Below the pieces are notes generated by a model. That model did no database searches. It was not told the origin of the DNA and saw only the letters and a program-made list of their open reading frames with translations. Below, in pieces: positions 48,495 through 50,841 of a DNA stretch of 50,841 nucleotides. Position numbers and translations under genes: made by a program. The first letter of the stretch is position 1. Every line of letters starts with the position of its first letter. The stretch is from Deltaproteobacteria bacterium. GTDB taxonomy: Bacteria > Desulfobacterota > BSN033 > UBA1163. The stretch is from the NCBI GenBank assembly GCA_037441725.1, contig JBBIRT010000003.1, positions 1 through 50,841 on the forward strand, written 5' to 3'.

Positions 48495-50841
48495 TTAAAA
48501 AAAGATGCTGAAGCTGGTATCAGGATCATATCCTCCTGTTGGTTTTTTCTCCTTCTCCTTTAACTTTGCATGCGCTGCTGCCAGCCGAGCGATGGGGAGT
48601 CTTGGGACCGAGCAACTTACATAGGAGAGACCAATGGAATGGCATAACTCTACGGATTCGGGATGACCTCCGTGTTCTCCACAGATTCCAATCTTCAGAT
48701 CAGGTTTCGTCCTTCTACCCCATTCAATCGTAATCATCATCAGCCTCCCAACTCCTTTTACATCCAGTACCTCAAAGGGGTTATCCTGAAGGATCTTCCT
48801 TTGATTGTAAAGAGGTAGAAATTTATTCTCAGCATCTTCTCTCGAAAAAGAGAAAGTGGCTTGAGTAAGATCATTCGTCCCGAAAGAGAAGAAATCCGCA
48901 ACCTCAGCTAATCGCCCTGCCCTCATACAGGCCCTGACCACTTCAATCATTGTTCCAAATTTAAAGGGAATCTGGATCCCATACCGTCTTTCCACAGCCT
49001 TTTGAACCTTTTTAACAAGCTGATAGACCCACTTTAGCTCCTGAGCAGTGCAGACCTGAGGAACCATAATTTCAGGCTGAATATCCAGACCTTCCTTAAT
49101 CAACTCAGCGGCGGCCTCAAGGATGGCCTGGATTTGCATCTCATAAATCTCAGGATAGGTGATTCCAAGCCTGACCCCACGATGCCCAAGCATTGGATTC
49201 ACCTCCATCATCTCTTTCACCTTCCGGAGGGTCTCCTGTTGCTTTCGAATAAGTTTCTTATCAAGCCTCTTCTCTTTGATCTCAACAATATTGGTAACCA
49301 CATGATCAAGAAGTTTTAAGGATTCCCGAAAAGAGGGGTCTAAAAACTTCATCGCAGAAGAGATATTCTCCATCGTAGAGAAAGCGGCTTCAACCTCCAT
49401 CAGCTTTCTTAGCTCTTCAGATAACTCTTCAGCCGAAGGGAGAAATTCATGGAGTGGCGGATCAAGGAGACGAACCGTCACAGGCAGTCCAGTCATAGCC
49501 CTAAAGATCTCTTTAAAATCACTCCGTTGCATGGGAAGAAGTTTTTCAATCGCCTCTGCCCTCTTTTCTTTTGATCCAGCCAAGATCATTTCACGAACAA
49601 TGGGAAGACGGTCCACCGCATTAAACATCCTCTCTGTTCGGCAGAGACCAATTCCTTCAGCACCCAATTGTCGGGCTTTGATTGCAGCCTCAGGGGTATC
49701 GGCATTGGCTCGAACCCCTAAGGTTCTAAATTCATCAGCCCAGCTTAAAACGGTAAGAAGGTCTTTGCCGATCTCAGGATCGATCAATGGGACTTCTCCC
49801 AGATAGATTTCTCCCCTTGACCCGTCGATGGTAATAAAATCCCCTTCTCGGATGAGCATATTCTTGATGGTCGCCTCTTTCCCTTTCGGGTCGATTCGAA
49901 GCACCTCACACCCCGAAACACAAGGTTTTCCCATTCCCCTCGCCACAACCGCTGCATGGGAGGTCTTCCCTCCACGGGAGGTCAATATCCCTTGAGAGGC
50001 AAAAAACCCATGGATGTCTTCGGGTTTCGTCTCTTCTCGAATCAGGATTACGGAATGACCTAACTTTCCCAATCTCTCAGCTTCGTCTGCATCAAAAACT
50101 GCTTTTCCTGAGGCTGCACCCGGAGAGGCAGGAAGGCCGATGGCAATGGGTTTCCCTTTGAAACTTGGATCGATCTGTTTATGAAGGAGCTGCTCAAGGT
50201 CATGCGGTTTCAATCTCAGCACAGCCGTCTCTTTATCAATCAATATCTCATGGACCATCTCTTTGGAAGTCCTAACAATGGCCTGAGCATTCATCTTCCC
50301 ATTTCGGGTCTGAAGGATGTAGAGGTTCCCCTTTTCTACCGTAAATTCGAAATCCTGAACTTCATAGAAATGTTCTTCTAAGATCTTTCTTACTCGTTCC
50401 AATTCTCTGTAGATTTTTGGCATCTCCTTTTTCATCTCTTGAATGGGCTTAGGGGTTCGGATTCCCGCTACTACATCCTCCCCTTGTGCATTCACAAGAT
50501 ATTCTCCATAAAGGACGTTTTCCCCTGTCCCTGGATCTCGGGTGAAGGCCACGCCTGTAGCGGAGTCAAATCCCATATTCCCAAAGACCATCGTACACAC
50601 ATTGACGGCTGTCCCATTGGCCATTTCAGGGGTAACATTAAACTCCTTTCTATAGGCCACTGCCCTCTTTCCCATCCAGGATTTGAAAACGGCTTCAATG
50701 GCAAGCTGAAGTTGAACCATCGGATCTTGTGGAAAAGGAGTCCCTTTCTTTTTAATCAATCCCAGGTATTGATCACAAATATCCCGAAGGTGATCGGCAT
50801 CAAGATCGATATCCTATTTGACCCCTAAACCATTCTTTACT
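48495..50841 (-). CDS. ppdK: pyruvate, phosphate dikinase. The 5' end lies beyond the window and there is an in-frame TAG at 50814-50816.
   Basis: GGKTSHAAVVARGMG phospho-His motif, LCRTERMF and CGEHGG. Upstream of the ORF-track TTG start the same frame reads VKNGLGVK*DIDLDADHLRDICDQYLG, which matches the PPDK family N-terminal domain. Confidence 0.88.

Noticed and set aside
1-50841. tRNA, rRNA, tmRNA, RNase P or SRP genes; intact IS elements, integrases or prophage genes; known defence systems
   Set aside because: I scanned the intergenic regions for T-loop (GGTTCGAATCC-like) and other hallmark strings and found none. No ORF shows transposase, integrase, Cas, restriction-modification or toxin-antitoxin signatures that I can recognise.

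Overview
This 50.8-kb chromosomal window comes from a Gram-negative bacterium (LolA and BamE-like lipoproteins) that is probably anaerobic (GlpABC, CooC-type ATPase, PPDK). Gene density is high, with about 45 protein genes, mostly housekeeping. In order they are: glpABC; a Moco riboswitch followed by moaA-moaC-MOSC-moaB; a secreted W/R-rich protein; DUF169 and yjbQ; a HAD hydrolase-der operon; adenine deaminase, an M20 peptidase and two uncharacterised hydrolase-like genes; a DUF4143 ATPase; and an M24 peptidase. Next is an MFS-rich locus with three MFS genes, a URO-D family gene, a 1006-aa hybrid histidine kinase and decayed MFS gene relics. After that come two tandem lipoproteins and an aminotransferase, followed by an EF-G paralogue with birA, coaX and a nitroreductase, then an epimerase and another MFS gene. 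The window ends with cooC-like, plsC, ftsK, lolA, recO, glyQS, a second adenine-deaminase paralogue and ppdK, which runs off the window edge. I found no rRNA, tRNA, CRISPR array, intact transposon or recognisable multi-gene defence system. Five things deserve a second look. (1) A 20-codon leader ORF with 9 Phe/Tyr codons, plus four mutually exclusive helices ending in a GNRA-capped terminator with a U9 tract, lies directly upstream of a class-I aminotransferase. (2) Three conserved genes (der, the adjacent HAD hydrolase, ppdK) each carry an in-frame nonsense codon, and family similarity continues in frame beyond the stop. (3) There are several non-coding repeat families: a 14-bp x 8-9 tandem array, a ~250-bp inverted-repeat element with related copies elsewhere, and two ~200-bp relics of a Bcr/CflA transporter gene. 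(4) A strong intrinsic terminator sits only 25 nt upstream of the hybrid kinase start codon. (5) A textbook Moco riboswitch with its own terminator precedes moaA. All homology calls rest on motifs I recognised by eye, and no database search was possible.
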